A stretch of DNA of 64,000 nt, from assembly GCA_951406725.2 (NCBI GenBank), contig OX597832.1:8866001-8930000 (forward strand), read 5' to 3'. Below are positions 41,850 to 55,260 of this stretch, piece after piece (within the stretch, counting starts at the first letter, position 1; each line of letters begins with the position of its first letter). A model generated the notes under the pieces. That model was not told the DNA's origin and ran no database searches. It worked only from the letters and a program-made list of their open reading frames with translations. The stretch is from Octopus vulgaris. Lineage: Eukaryota. The position numbers and the translations under genes are program-made.

Positions 41850-42990
41850 CACCCTAACACTCAATCCGCGATATAACATTGTTTTCGGAATTGTGTTGAG
41901 ACAATTGGAAGCTGTTATGCCTAGTGAGTTCTTAGGAATCTCACATCTACACAAAGTGATGGAAATTATTGAGTGCATTGAAATATCAGCTATTTATGAA
42001 CTCAAACTCAGCTATTGATTGAATGATCTTAGACTGAGGGATTCCCAAAGAGGCTGTAGTAGGATCCCTACAGATTCTCTTCCAAAGCATACTTGCTATT
42101 GGGAGATTTTCCAGGCTGCTAAAAGACGGAATAATATGTTCTGTCCAGGAAGGTGTTAGTAGAGCAGATGCTAACAATTATAGACTTATCTCTCTAAACT
42201 TACATTTCTGCCAGGTCGTAGCACGTATTATCTGCTGAAAGATGATTAAGTTCCTAGAAGATACTGACCTACACATTGGTACCCAACATGTGTTTCGCTT
42301 ATAAAGAAGCTGCCTTTTGCAGCATTATGACTATGTGTCGAAACAACTCAGGAATCACTCAGACATGGATATGATATATATCAATTTCGCAAAGGCGTTT
42401 GATGAGGTTGATCATGGGTTGATATGTCACAGGCTACGGAGACTACGCATAGCCGGAAAATTCCGAGGCTGGTTACATAACTTTTTACAAGACAGTAAGC
42501 AAACTATGGTAAATAGTGGAGCCTTCTCCAAGAAGACACCAATAATGAGTGGAGTGTCTCAAGTGACTGTCATGGGGCCACTGTTTGTGTTGGCTCTTTG
42601 ATACACGCCAGTAGTTAAATACAGAATCATTCTTACTAGGTATGCGAAAACCAAAATGTAATGCAGGCAGTGAAGGAACATTTCGACGGTAATCTACAGA
42701 AAGACGTTGATACCATTTTTTAAACGGGCTGAATCCAACATGTAATTTAGTGTAGGAAATGCTTCAAGCCGTCTGATGTCAGCTATCTTGTGCTAACGTA
42801 ACGCAAGAAAGATTCTTTGGGTGAAAAGGATCGGCAATCCCAGATTCAAGTACAATGTGTGATCTGCGAATTATGAGTAAAAACGCTGCGTTTCACGTGC
42901 ATATTACCAACATCGAAGGAAGAACTCCGAAAACTTTCATAACATAGGACCCAGAAACGATTCTGGTTCTATGGATGACACTTCTTCTCA
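41850..42990 (+). pseudogene. Decayed CR1-group LINE reverse transcriptase fragment
   Basis: NNYRLISL, QHVFR, DMIYINFAKAFDEVDHG and SGVSQVTVMGPL; homologous to 61490-62730. Confidence 0.88.
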
Positions 42991-43201
42991 ATGGAACGGC
43001 TGAGCTAGAGTGAGGGAGTAGCAATCCCCTCCTCTCTACACTTAGCAATATATACTGCAACAGTTATGGATTCAAGAGCTCATGGCTATTTAATACCTTG
43101 CCAAAATATTTAAAAGATGATCATGCAGTAGGGGTAGGTTGACTAAAGAATCAAATTTACCTAGAGCTGTCCAAGTTCCTACATCAATGTACCTTACGAT
43201 A

Positions 43202-43650
43202 AGTGGTCCTTTGATTTCTTTTTTATTTTCTGTGCGTATTTCATTACTAATGATCAGCCATTTTGTATTCGTATTGTATCGGTCTTTATTTGCCCATGAG
43301 TATATCACTGTGTGTGCCTATGTTTAGTAAGTGTGTATGTGCGTGGGAATGTGCCTGGTAAATTCCATACATACACACACTTGTTAAACATAGACACACA
43401 AACAGGGGTATACGCATGCACAAATAAAGACACATACAATACGAATACAAAATGGCTGATCATTCGTAAGGAAAGACACACAAAAACGAAAGAAGAAAGC
43501 AAAGGACCACTGATGAGGTCATAGAAGTGTGACAAAAGAACTCTGGCCGAAATACGATTTATATAAAATAAAGCTGAGTAAATACCAAACATATAGTATG
43601 TGTGCTTTTATTGGCAACATTACCATCCGCAAATACAAAAATGTATATAT
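43202..43650. mobile_element. Foldback (arms 43202-43350 and 43362-43511) whose right arm runs into an HHR-like motif at 43510-43560
   Basis: Diverged complementary arms; CTGATGA-GGTCA..AGT/ACTCTGGCC-GAAA, with stems I and III degenerate. Confidence 0.7.
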
Positions 43651-43654
43651 ATAT

Positions 43655-43693
<39 letters not shown>

Positions 43694-43861
43694 GAGAGAG
43701 AGAGAAAAAGGAGGATGTGTATATACACGACGACGACAAGGACGATATGTGTTTGTACATGTGTGAGTCTGTATTTGAGAGATAGAGTATTATAGAGAAA
43801 GAAAGAAAAACGACGGTGAGTGAAGGAGAGAAGGAGGGGGCAGAGAGAGAGAGAGAGAAAG

Positions 43862-43900
<39 letters not shown>

Positions 43901-44267
43901 GAAGATTGTCTGTAGAGCCTCTTTTGTAATATTGTTATAAAATATCATAATTATTTTTGAACTTATTCTCAGTTTTCGAAACAATATAGTTCATAATTAA
44001 TTTTAGTTTTGTAAAACATCGTACTTTCATGAAATAACATTAGCAAACCTTACCGGGAAATTTGGTGCCTCGATGCCGCCTATCATTGTAGGGAGCAATA
44101 ATTTTTGGCCATATGAACACCTGTGACAAAGGAATTACTGCGTTTATATTTTCATATAACTTAGAAAGAAAGTTTTGCTTATCTATATTTCATTATACGC
44201 AGACACAAATTGTACGTACTCACACGCACAGGTCCGCAATCAAGTACACACTCACACACACAAACGC

Positions 44268-44306
<39 letters not shown>

Positions 44307-44689
44307 CACGTATATATTTTCGTGTGCACATTTACGTACAGCTAAGGGGTCGGCAAGTTAAAATGAAAGTGAAGTGGTGTGAAATTGGTTTCGTAGATGA
44401 ATAAGTAACATTTATGAAATGCATCGCACTTGACAGCATCTCTGCCGAAGAAGTAAACACATGCTTATAAAACTAAATTGTATAGCTAAATACCTACATA
44501 TATATATATATATATACTTAAGATTCAGTTGAAATATGTACTTAAATCGAGGCACATGTACTCTAAACATTTTTTATTGAATAACACTCTTCGGGCAGAA
44601 GTGCCAGCAGTAGGTGACTGACGGCTATAATGCATAGAAATCTGTACCACTTTGTTACTCACTTATAATTTATATGTGTATATATACAC

Positions 44690-44874
44690 GCAAAATTAAG
44701 AGGAATGGCCACTAAGACAAGTCTCAGTAAAACGCCCAAAATAGGTGTCCACTTTAGTGGTCATTCCGCTTAATTTTGTATATAACAAAATTTGTAATCC
44801 TCGGATTTTAATAAATATGCTAACCCACTGGCTTTAATTGATGAATATCAATTTCTACACTTATTCATTAATAT

Positions 44875-44878
<4 letters not shown>
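44690..44878 (+). mobile_element. Short 3' end of a TA-inserted element with a small 5' inversion (about 44690-44715 and 44753-44778)
   Basis: CAAAATTAAGAGGAATGGCCACTAA pairs with TTAGTGGTCATTCCGCTTAATTTTG. Confidence 0.6.
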
Positions 44879-44954
<76 letters not shown>

Positions 44955-44956
<2 letters not shown>

Positions 44957-45179
44957 TCTTTTATTTGTTTCAATTGTTTGATTGCCTTGATTGCCACAAT
45001 GCTGGTGAACCACATTTAGTCGAATACGTCGACCCCCGGACTTACTCTTTGTAAGCCTAATACCTATCCTATGTAACTCGTTAACCGACCCGCTAAGTTA
45101 CACTAACGTAAACACATGAACATCGGTTGTCAAGCGACGGTGGGGCGACAAATGCAGACTCACAAATAAAACATACACA

Positions 45180-45248
<69 letters not shown>

Positions 45249-45548
45249 TGAGAATTTACAAAACAAACAGATGAAGATGTGTGTAAACAGCAAGATGTAT
45301 TAGTTTAACTGTCGGGAATTGAGAAAGCCTTTTACTTTACAAGCAGGGAGAGAAAATAAGTATGCTTAGTGACTAGTTATTTTAGTGGCTTGCGAATGTA
45401 TACACACACACACACATGTATATATATATATATATACACGACGGCCTTCTTTCAGTTTCCGCCAATGAAATCGACTCACAAGGCTTTGATAGGCTTGAGG
45501 CTACAGTAGAAGACACTAGACCAATGTGCCGCGTAGTGGAACTGAACA
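44955..45548 (-). mobile_element. SINE family 1, diverged; its internal TA tract is interrupted by an insert at 45247-45335
   Basis: The 3' part (44955-45170) and 5' part (45438-45548) match family 1. Confidence 0.78.
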
Positions 45549-45575
45549 CGCGTATATAAATAAAGATGTACAGAA

Positions 45576-45607
<32 letters not shown>

Positions 45608-46165
45608 GGGGAGAGATGCGTGTAAATACTTATAAATACACATTTCTCTATGTATTATTTGTGTGTATGTGTATGCGTGTGTATATATGATATTTCTGCG
45701 CGCGTTCTGTAATCTATTGATTACTATAGTAATCTATTGATTACTATGAATGTGTGCACAGTGTTCTTCAGGGAGCTGTCGTCGTTGTTTTGCACAATAA
45801 GATGCTATGCAAGGTGACACGTTGTTACATAATACATCATCTCATTGCGGCTTTATTTTCTTATCTATACGACAAAAAATACTAGCACACTTCTATCTAT
45901 TCTACTATTTATTATATCGGCATTATAGGCAGCCTTAATATGCGGTATCTATCGTATAATGTCATTCAAACACGCTCATAAATAGTATTAACCATCACTA
46001 TCGAGGAAAAACTTAAAAACCTTAGCTGACATAGGTATGTATAATTAAAACCCTATTCCCATCTCCGATAGAAGGAGACACGTGTTGCATAGACATTCTC
46101 ATATATACGCACATGCATTCACTTCTTTCCACGTCAAAACGCACAATTACATATATATATACATG

Positions 46166-46196
<31 letters not shown>

Positions 46197-46357
46197 ATAT
46201 ATATATATATATATTCCGACATAGTATATCAGTTGAATAAAGTTAAATCATGGTCTGGTTTTCGCGTTTTTTAATCAAGGTATTTAAAAGAAAAATGTTG
46301 GTTTTTGCAATGTCGAAGTGTGTTAAGCATTAAAACATATTTGGTAATGAATATTTC

Positions 46358-46395
46358 AATTAGCGCTTTCATACGTTCGTAGTAATCATCAGATT
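46358..46395 (-). ncRNA. Minimal type I hammerhead ribozyme
   Basis: Minus strand: AAT-CTGATGA-TTAC..GTAT-GAAA-GCGC-TA-ATT; intact core and palindromic stem III. Confidence 0.7.
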
Positions 46396-47093
46396 TCAAA
46401 ATGTATTTAACCGACAGATGAATCAAGCATCTATACACACACACTCACACACACACACATACACACTCATGCCATGAAATACCCATAAACTGAACAACAC
46501 TAAACAATTATTTTCTAAGATTTAGAAGCTAAATCACACAACAACTGTATATGGCTTGAACCTACCGCGAATCCATTACCCCGTCGTAAGTTCAACTCTG
46601 CAAGCAATAAAATTTCAGTAAAGGAAAACTGAGAACCAGGAAAAAACGAGTTAAATACTATTCATCGTCGACATTCATATCAAGTTTACATCCAACTTCT
46701 GCTGTTGAACGGCTATTATTACGGTTTTCCTTTCTCTCTCTCTCACACTCTACACAGGTGGATATGTAAACATTATCGACAATATATACAGAACGCATAG
46801 ACACAGGCCAGCGCACTTGGTGGTAGGCTGCGCTTCAGGGTGGTGGCAAATCCTCTGTCAAAGCGCCGGGTATTAAAACATTTCAGAAGTATGGAGAAAC
46901 GAGACAACACTTCCCAGGTCATATACAAATACGGACATCCATATTTCGCCATTTTGTGGCTTATGAACATGAAGTACCCGGAGGTGAACAGTCCTACCTG
47001 TCCAACAACTTATGCTTATAATGTCCAAACTATGTGCTGGTATGCTCGGACAATGCATATGTTAGAATTAATTCAAATAAGAAATAGAAGCAG

Positions 47094-47128
<35 letters not shown>

Positions 47129-47148
47129 TATATGTATACACATATGTT

Positions 47149-47213
<65 letters not shown>

Positions 47214-47235
47214 TTATGTGTGTGTGTGTGTGTGT

Positions 47236-47286
<51 letters not shown>

Positions 47287-47290
47287 TATA

Positions 47291-47421
47291 CAGGGGGTCC
47301 CCAAAAAATGTATACACACCTTAAATAATTGTAAATTTGTTATTCTTTGTAAGCCTAGTACTTATTCTATCGTTCCCTTTTGCCGAACCACTATATGTAT
47401 ACATTTTTTGGGGACACCCTG
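47291..47421. mobile_element. 131-bp MITE, Tc1/mariner type, TA-flanked
   Basis: TIRs CAGGGGGTCCCCAAAAAATGTATACA and TGTATACATTTTTTGGGGACACCCTG. Confidence 0.85.
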
Positions 47422-47849
47422 TATATATACACATTCATATATATGCAAATATTGAAGTTCTCCTACTTCTCGGTAAAGCAAAACATGTTTCTCTTTAATC
47501 ATTTTTCTCTTATTTAAGTCATACCTGAAGTTTCTACTTTCAACATCACTTCACCAGTCTCAGAGCAGCATGTAGCAGTTGTCTTTATATACATATGAAA
47601 TCAAGTTGCTTCACAGAAATGGAGTTACTAATTTGCATGCTTACTCGGGTTTAACATTTTATTTAATATCTTCGGCATCTCGTAAGATAAACGCATATGA
47701 CCAAGCCATGATATTTGTAAATCTATGTTGTTGCTACAAACGTGACAATTTTTCCTATTTCTCTAAACATTGAAAGAATAATGAGAAGTCTTAAAGAAAT
47801 CTTCAACGAATCGCAAACCTAATATATAGAACGTATAGAATTCATTCTT

Positions 47850-48850
47850 TGTCTATTTGGAACTCGTTTTGTATGGAACGTAAAGTACAAGTAATACGTC
47901 TCTTCAATTTTGCCATAATTTGTCATTAAAATGTGATATTCTACTCTTGTTCCTTCTAAACTTGTAGACCTACACATTCTATGTCTTTCAACTTGTCAAT
48001 TACCACCAGTTCTGGTCAGTCGGTTTGAAACATTTCATAATGTTGTTTTCTATAATTTACGAACGTTGTTTTCTTAAGTATTAGATGTAGCGAAATCAAG
48101 TTCGTCAAGCCGATAAAATTCAATTACGAAAACATTACTTTCGATCCATTTAGTTGATGTTTAATGGGACTAGATTCAAATGCAGGCACGTTTGTTTGGC
48201 GGTATTGGCACTTTACTAAGATGGATGTACCGAAAAAGATGAGAAAATGATAGATTCTGCAGTAGTGTATTGCCAATCCCCTTTTCTGTGCTTTGTGCTA
48301 GTTTTCTTTCGTTGATAGTTGTAACATTATCAATAATTTTCTTTCGTTCGTTATTCTTGTCATTTCCTCCTTTGATCCTTCAAAACATTCTGGCATATGA
48401 CCTGAAAAGTTAGCTTCTTTTATATATTTACTGAGAATTGCTCGAAAATGAATTGTGGCCGTAACTGGTCTATGAGAAAATGTGAGGGTATTTAGGACAG
48501 ATTTACTGACACTAATGGATGCCGTAGGTGCTTTTGGCATGATCTACCGTTATTTCCCTTTGTGTAAACAACTCTGTTAGTTCTAGTTTTGTGACTGTTC
48601 GCGGGGATGGCGATAGTAGTTCTAATTTATTGCTAAAAGTACAATAACTTCACCATTTAAAACGCTCCCAATTGTAGCCTTCACCTCGTTTCTGCTACCA
48701 CGACCGACGTATACAACACATACATGTAGTAAACTAGTCAACAGCACCGAGACCATTCCTAAGAGGGGAAATATAACAACCACTATCACTATAAGAGGAA
48801 ATGCTGCCCACTTCATGAACAATTCCTTCATGTATATAACCATTTGTTAC
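47850..48850 (-). pseudogene. Very decayed restriction-like-endonuclease LINE (R4/Dong-like) C-terminal remnant
   Basis: Minus-strand fragments in the expected order: SVLNGEVIVLLAIN, YCRI, KIIENN, FQTD*PELVVIDK..KEQE (RPD-motif-like). Confidence 0.45.
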
Positions 48851-51324
48851 TTGATTATTCTTGAAATCAGGAGTGGTTTTTAATGGCAGGAAAGCGTACT
48901 AATCTCCAAACACGATTACAATGATTTAGAAAATAGGATTAACTGACGCTACAAATTGTATAGAAATGAAAAGTCTTCAGCGCTGCCAACTAATGAAACA
49001 GTAATAATTTTATGAGCAAAACAAAAGACAATTGTTTTATAATTTTCTCTCTCTGTCTCTCTCTCTCACTCTATCAGTGTCTCTCTTTCTCCTCTCTCTC
49101 TCCCTCTGTGTTTCGCACAGAAAGCTACACGCAAAAGTAGACTCATACACACCACGTAATCTCTCTGTCTGTCTTTGATTTCTCCTCTCAGTTTTCACTT
49201 CACATAGTGAATCAAACATACATACTCAAAAGTGAAAGTAGAAATATTATTGTATCCACAAACACTATAAACATGCATAGGCGCATAATACATACATGCA
49301 CCACATAAATATGCATTTATGCATGTGTGATGGAAAGAGCTTTACGCTCATATGCATATCTATCTGTTATATATATATATATATATGCGTGTGTCTGAAT
49401 ACAGATACTATAAATACATGTGTGTTTAGAAACAATATCTACTAACTGTGTTGGAGTTTACGTAAATCTATCTTTCTATCAATATATATATGTAAGATTT
49501 ATACCTTTATTTTCATTACTTTTAAATCATGTCTTAAGTACCAAGTACCCTATCCTGATATTTTAACAATTGAACTTTCTCAAGAAAAGAGACACAGAAT
49601 TTACTCCTTACACCCAGCGACTGTTACAACAATTATCACTCAGAAGAGTGAAATAAAATGGGTCTGGTCTGTATCACTACCTATAAAGATAACATTTTCT
49701 GTATGTAAAGCACGTTTATGAATTCCGACTCCACAACTCGTCTTGTAATTTATATTAATGGGCATGTATCTGGACATTTTAATTACGGGAAACAACGTGG
49801 GAATTTCCTTCAAAAGATTCCATAATGTCTTACAGCATATGCTATGTAACATATATTCAAAAGGATCTGTTCTAGCAAAGCTTAATAGGGGTTAATCAAA
49901 AACAACAGCAACGGCAAAGTTTGTGCCATACACTCGAATAAAGGCTACCCTACGATAACTCGAACTACTGAAAATTATCCCAAAATTTTCCGCAAATCTT
50001 TCCATATTGTAAATGAAAGCCAAAAAGATTATTTGTAGAAGGAAACGCATACATGAATTGTGTGAAAGCGCCAAAGAGGGTGGAGTGTTAACCAGTAGAG
50101 GTGTATAGAAACAAACACACACACAAACATACGAAGTATCTCTCACGCGATATAGTGTATGAACAAAAGCCTTTCCACTTTTCAGTGAGCATGACAAGCC
50201 TAATAACGGAAGCCAACCACAGAAACATGAATAACAGCAAGAATAGTCTCTAATCACTTATAAGGATAGACAATACGAAGAGACAGAAAGGGGAGCGGCA
50301 GCCATTATAGCGAAAAAGGAAAAAGAAAATCGTAAAAAGCGTGTGTGTATACAACTGTTAAGAGACTACATCCACTCTGAGACAGATTTAATCTCCCGAA
50401 GAAGGAAAGATGTAAGCCACCTTTTCTCTAACAAAGACTAGCAAGTTATTTAATCAGAGACAGTTTTGGTATGTACAACAGGAATTAGAACAGGAATTAA
50501 AAGGGGAAAGATATGATTGGAATAAATTATGACAGTTATTATAGTCATATATCATTGATCTATCCGAAGTGTTTCTTACATTGTGAATACAACTCCTCAT
50601 GGAATGTACTGGAATATCCAGGGAAAAAATTCTGTGGTTATTTTCTAATTGTTTACAGATGTATGAGAAAAATAGCAGAATAAAAAATAGCAGAAAAATA
50701 GCAGAAAAAATAGCTTAACACTGGCAGGTACACCAGATCTTAATGAACCAGCTGGTGTTATGGGGGATAACGCACCGGTAAAATAGAAGGGGCGTTTCAA
50801 GAGTTTTGCAATCCACTGGTTATCAACAAAGGAATGACTATATTATTTTTTACAGAAAATAAAAAGAAGGGGAAAATAAAAATAAGAGAGCAATGATGAT
50901 GTTATTGTATTCAGAAAATATAATAAGAAGTAGGGGAATTATTAATTAAAATTATTAATTATGCTAGAGATAAATTTATTTAAATCGATTCTAAACAATG
51001 ACGTAAAACGAAGTCTACGTAAATTCCCTCATTAAGTTAATCTTACCTGAAAAATTAAAACCTGAGATTATAAGATAGAATACAATTTTAAATAATAATG
51101 AGCGAAGTATAAAAGCTAAACTTATAACTTATAATTAAAAATGGTTGTCATATTACATTTTCCCATGTGCCCCCACATTCTTTCAATAAATATACACACG
51201 CATATACATACACACATGCACACACACATACATACTCATGTTCCGTGAGTATTTCTTAATATTTGTATGTACCACGCCCTCATTGTTGTTTTTTATTGCG
51301 CTTTTCTTCGTTTTGGAGATTAAC

Positions 51325-51360
<36 letters not shown>

Positions 51361-52449
51361 AGTGTGTGTGTGTGTGTGTATGTGTGTGTGTGTGTGTTTG
51401 TTTATTTATATGTCCTTGCTCGCGTATGCTTTTGTGTTTGTTGTGTACGTATTATACTTAACCGCTATGGAGACGGTTTAACATGAATGGAGCCAACTCT
51501 GGTAGGATACAAGGAATTTATGTTTATAAAGCGATTTATAGAGGTCTTAAGATATGCGCAGGGAAACAAAGCACATAGTGGTGATTGCAGTACGGCATTG
51601 GTGTGGAAACGATATGAGTGAAAGAAGGTAGAAGAAAAGCGGGAAATAATTACGTGGAGATGGCACGGGATGAACCACATTCAATGCGAGTTCACTGTGT
51701 TATCAGCGAAGGCAAGAAAAGGGAACCACCACACGTTTGGGGGTTGGATTGAGTAATTTGTGTTGGGGAACGGCTTTTCTGCCAATGATTTGAATTGTTC
51801 TCTTTGTATATGGAACAGGATACAGATATTTACTGATATATTTATCAGTCGGTATATTTGGTATTATTTCAGCTTGCTTGCTTACCAAATGAGAAATAAT
51901 AACGTGGTAAGTGAAGAATATAAACACAAAATGAGATATACTTTAGATATGAATTGTACTATTATTAACACCAAATTCTTACAATCATTTTGCTTTGAAT
52001 GTACAAATGAACGAGTTCAGAGGGTCTTAAACCTATAGCAATGGTATTATCGATTTTTATACGTCATTGCCACAAAGCTATGTTGCTGAATATCTAAATC
52101 CACGAAACTCTATCCGGTTTGTGAATGGCTATATATTATACAGAGCACAATAGACACCGAAGAATATATTGATGGTTTGCATCGGCAAATATTAGTATGC
52201 ACAGTCGTAAAATAGAATGAGTTGCTTCGCCGCGAGGACAAGGAAGGAGACAAATTTGATATTTCGATGGGAATGTAATTCCTCCCTTAAAAGATTACGT
52301 GTGCCTACATACAGACACAGACACAGATACACACACACACAAATACACACAGACACACACATATATATATATAAAGAGGAGGAGAATTTCGACAATCGCC
52401 AAGTGGTAAGATTTAATGCTTGGAGTACGTATTTATGTATGTATGTATG

Positions 52450-52499
<50 letters not shown>

Positions 52500-52503
<4 letters not shown>

Positions 52504-52812
52504 CGTGATCACCGTTACCAACCAGGCTATCAGATGTTGCTACACATCGCTGGTCACAATGCGCTTCGCATTGTTGTAGCCTTCAAATGACGCCTTCACG
52601 CTGGCTAAGCGAGCAGACCAACAGAAGAAAGAGTGAGAGGAAGTTGCGGCGAAAATGTACAGCAGGGATCGTCACCATCCCCTGCCGAAGACTCGTGGAG
52701 CTTTAGGTGTATTCGCTCAATAACCACTCACAATGCCCGGACTTGGAATCGAAACCGCGATCCTGCAACCACGAGTACGCTGTCGTAACCACTGGGCCAT
52801 CGTGCCTCCACA
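52500..52812 (-). mobile_element. tRNA-derived SINE family 3, full length
   Basis: Minus strand: A box TGGCCCAGTGG, B box GTTTCGATTCC, tail CGGTGATCACGGTG followed by (TA)n. Confidence 0.88.
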
Positions 52813-52831
52813 TGCATATATATATATATAT

Positions 52832-52996
52832 AGATCGTTAGCTGTTACACACATTTTTTCTATACTTGTTTCTCTCCTTGTTTTTCTATGTCCCTTTCTG
52901 TAGAAGAGCGTAGGCTCGAAACGTAAAATACTTTTTCTATTCCTGAGCGTTATACTAATATAACTGTTTGTTTTGTAAACCACCTGTCTTCGTCTT

Positions 52997-53003
<7 letters not shown>
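52832..53003 (+). mobile_element. Short TA-inserted element with a minimal HHR variant at 52895-52927
   Basis: TTT-CTGTAGAA-GAGC-GTAG-GCTC-GAAACGTA-AAA (A6U variant). Its 3' part is homologous to 45247-45335 on the minus strand. Confidence 0.6.
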
Positions 53004-53061
<58 letters not shown>

Positions 53062-53084
53062 GTGTGTGTGTGTGCGTGTGTAAC

Positions 53085-54151
53085 ATACAAGAAGGAAAAT
53101 TCAAGTAGTTTACATAGTTTTAATATATATTTTTATATCTTCTATAAAGAGTATTGTGTTTGTCGACCGGTTTCGCTTTCGTTGATCATGACAATGAAAT
53201 TATTGTAATTTCGTATTTTCTAAGAAGATTTTAGTTCTTGTTCTTGGAAGGAATTTTGTAAATGAATCAAGAAGTAGATTACTATAAGGGGAGGTAATTG
53301 CTCATTTGGGGACGGAGGATAAATATACAATTGTTTCTTTGCACTGGTAGATAGGGAAAGCTGTGAAGTTTGGTTGCATATTACCTGCACACATCTCTAT
53401 TTGTTCACGCTAAGGAATCTTACTCTACTGTTAGAAAGGAACCTGTTTGTTGTGTAGGATAGTTCTCTGTCTAAGTGTCTAACTTGTTTGTCGTATATAG
53501 TTATGTCCACAAGTTGAATAAGTTATAACATGAATTAGATTCTCGGAACTACAAGTGTTGGTTTTAATTGTGGAACTCTCTCCAAAGTTGAATAAAATTT
53601 CAGAGCCTTCAAGTAGGTTGGAGCAGGTTCCGCAGTTTGGACTTCCACATTTTTTAACCATTGTTTTCCTGGTTGTTTTATAAAGCTTCGCATTTGTTAG
53701 AAGTCACGATCTGTGTCACTTCTTGCATTTGATGAAATACTGTTTTCAGAATGTTTTCCCTTTTGGATCCCGACTGAACAGTGGTAAATATTGCATGCCT
53801 CATTGTTTCTAGGATTGTGAGTTGATATATACGGTAGTATTTTGAGATGCGTTGCGGTGTCACATTTTATTTCCTTAGTGTTTTAAAGCCTCAATTCCAT
53901 CTTCTATAAGTGAGGGTAGATATAATCTCTCAGTCTTGGTCCGAGGTTTTGCAGATGGAGATCCCGAGTATTTCCGTCAGACACAGTTGTGGTAATCCTT
54001 TTCGCTAAATTGAAGGAGATATTTCTTTTGATGAGTCTCAGGTGGCATGACACAAACAGAAGACATCGTTTCGAGCCCCTTTTGTTTCTGATAAATGCCA
54101 GTCACTTTTCGATTGTTGACGTTTTTTAACATAATATCTAAGAAGGAGTTT
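53085..54151 (-). mobile_element. Decayed Penelope-like element (RT end, Cys-rich linker, GIY-YIG, minimal HHR at 53162-53192); may continue at 55261-55480
   Basis: FLDIMLK..IYQK, KKCGSPNCGTC and CSSENLIHVITYSTCGHNYIRQT; HHR-like GTC-ATGATCA-ACGAAAGC-GAAACCGGTC-GAC on the minus strand. Confidence 0.85.
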
Positions 54152-54357
54152 TTATTTACATTATTTATATTATGTACATTCGACGGATATTTGTCCTCAT
54201 CGTGTTTGTTGATAACACAAAGTTTTGGTTGATATACCCTCCAGTCACGTGCATGTAGCGTAGTGGCTAAGAGCACAGGCTACTACCCGCAAGTTTCCGA
54301 GTTCGTTTCCAAGCAGTGATCTGAACAATATTAACAATAATAATGATGATGATGATG

Positions 54358-54403
<46 letters not shown>

Positions 54404-54465
54404 TAATAATAAATAATAATAATAATAACAACAACAACAACAACAACAACAGCAACAACAACAAC

Positions 54466-54529
<64 letters not shown>

Positions 54530-55015
54530 TACGTTGTTTTGTCTTGGTATAAAAGCTGGGCTGCAGCAAATATTCTGCTCAATACCACAGATTTGCTTGT
54601 CAGTTGTTTGACCTTAACCAGTTGAGCATGTCTCTTAGTGGCTGGCGATATGCGCATCTCTATTCATGAGCAGACGTAGTGGGGAAGAATCATAGCCATG
54701 TGTTGAGAGGGATTCTTTGGGGTTTGAATAATTCACCTCTGGAAACGTGGGTGTTTTGTTCAACATCGTTAAACAACCCTTATTCAGGGACCTTTTGAGC
54801 GGGATGGGTTAGTCGAACAGAAGAAAATTCTCACTGGGCCCCACCTGCAAGATCATGTGCTGTTTATCTTGATATGAGATCACCATGTCGCGCATATATA
54901 GTTGTGATGCATGTGCCTAGTGTACCCTTATCAGAAGGGTAGTCATGATGGGTATACTGGGCCTCGTATATTTTACCCCAGTGTCACTTTGATGGCATGC
55001 GCTGCTCTCTCATTC

Positions 55016-55067
<52 letters not shown>

Positions 55068-55260
55068 TCAATAACACCAACAACCTCGAAAATACCTTAG
55101 GAATGAGAACACACGTTTGGAATTTCCCCAAGACACACGAAGAAGGTTGGAGAGTATATCAGCCGAAACGATGTGTTAACAACAAACAAGATTAAGACAA
55201 ATATCCATCAATTGTAAAAAATATAAATTATGTACATAATCCCTCATCTCTTAAATATAA
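54152..55260 (+). mobile_element. tRNA-headed SINE with (AAT)n spacer and 3' HHR-like motif, preceded by an inverted copy of its own 3' end (54152-54246)
   Basis: A box TAGCGTAGTGG (54256-54266); B box GAGTTCGTTTCC (54299-54310); HHR-like ACAC-ACGAAGAA-GGTTG..CAGCC-GAAACGAT-GTGT at 55133-55176. Bases 54152-54246 match the reverse complement of about 55146-55240. Confidence 0.72.
54529..55015 (+). mobile_element. About 490-bp insertion flanked on both sides by (AAT)n; probable 3' UTR of a TAA-targeting non-LTR element (Dong-like)
   Basis: A sharply bounded, GC-richer block between two perfect AAT tracts. Family assignment is inferred from the target repeat only. Confidence 0.6.

Noticed and set aside
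50668-50714. (AAAATAGCAG)n short tandem resembling the conserved repeat motif
   Set aside because: A simple local tandem expansion with no neighbouring HHR or family context.
54247-54320. tRNA gene
   Set aside because: The cloverleaf is not maintained; treated as a SINE head, as are the heads at 12543, 23826 and 52812.
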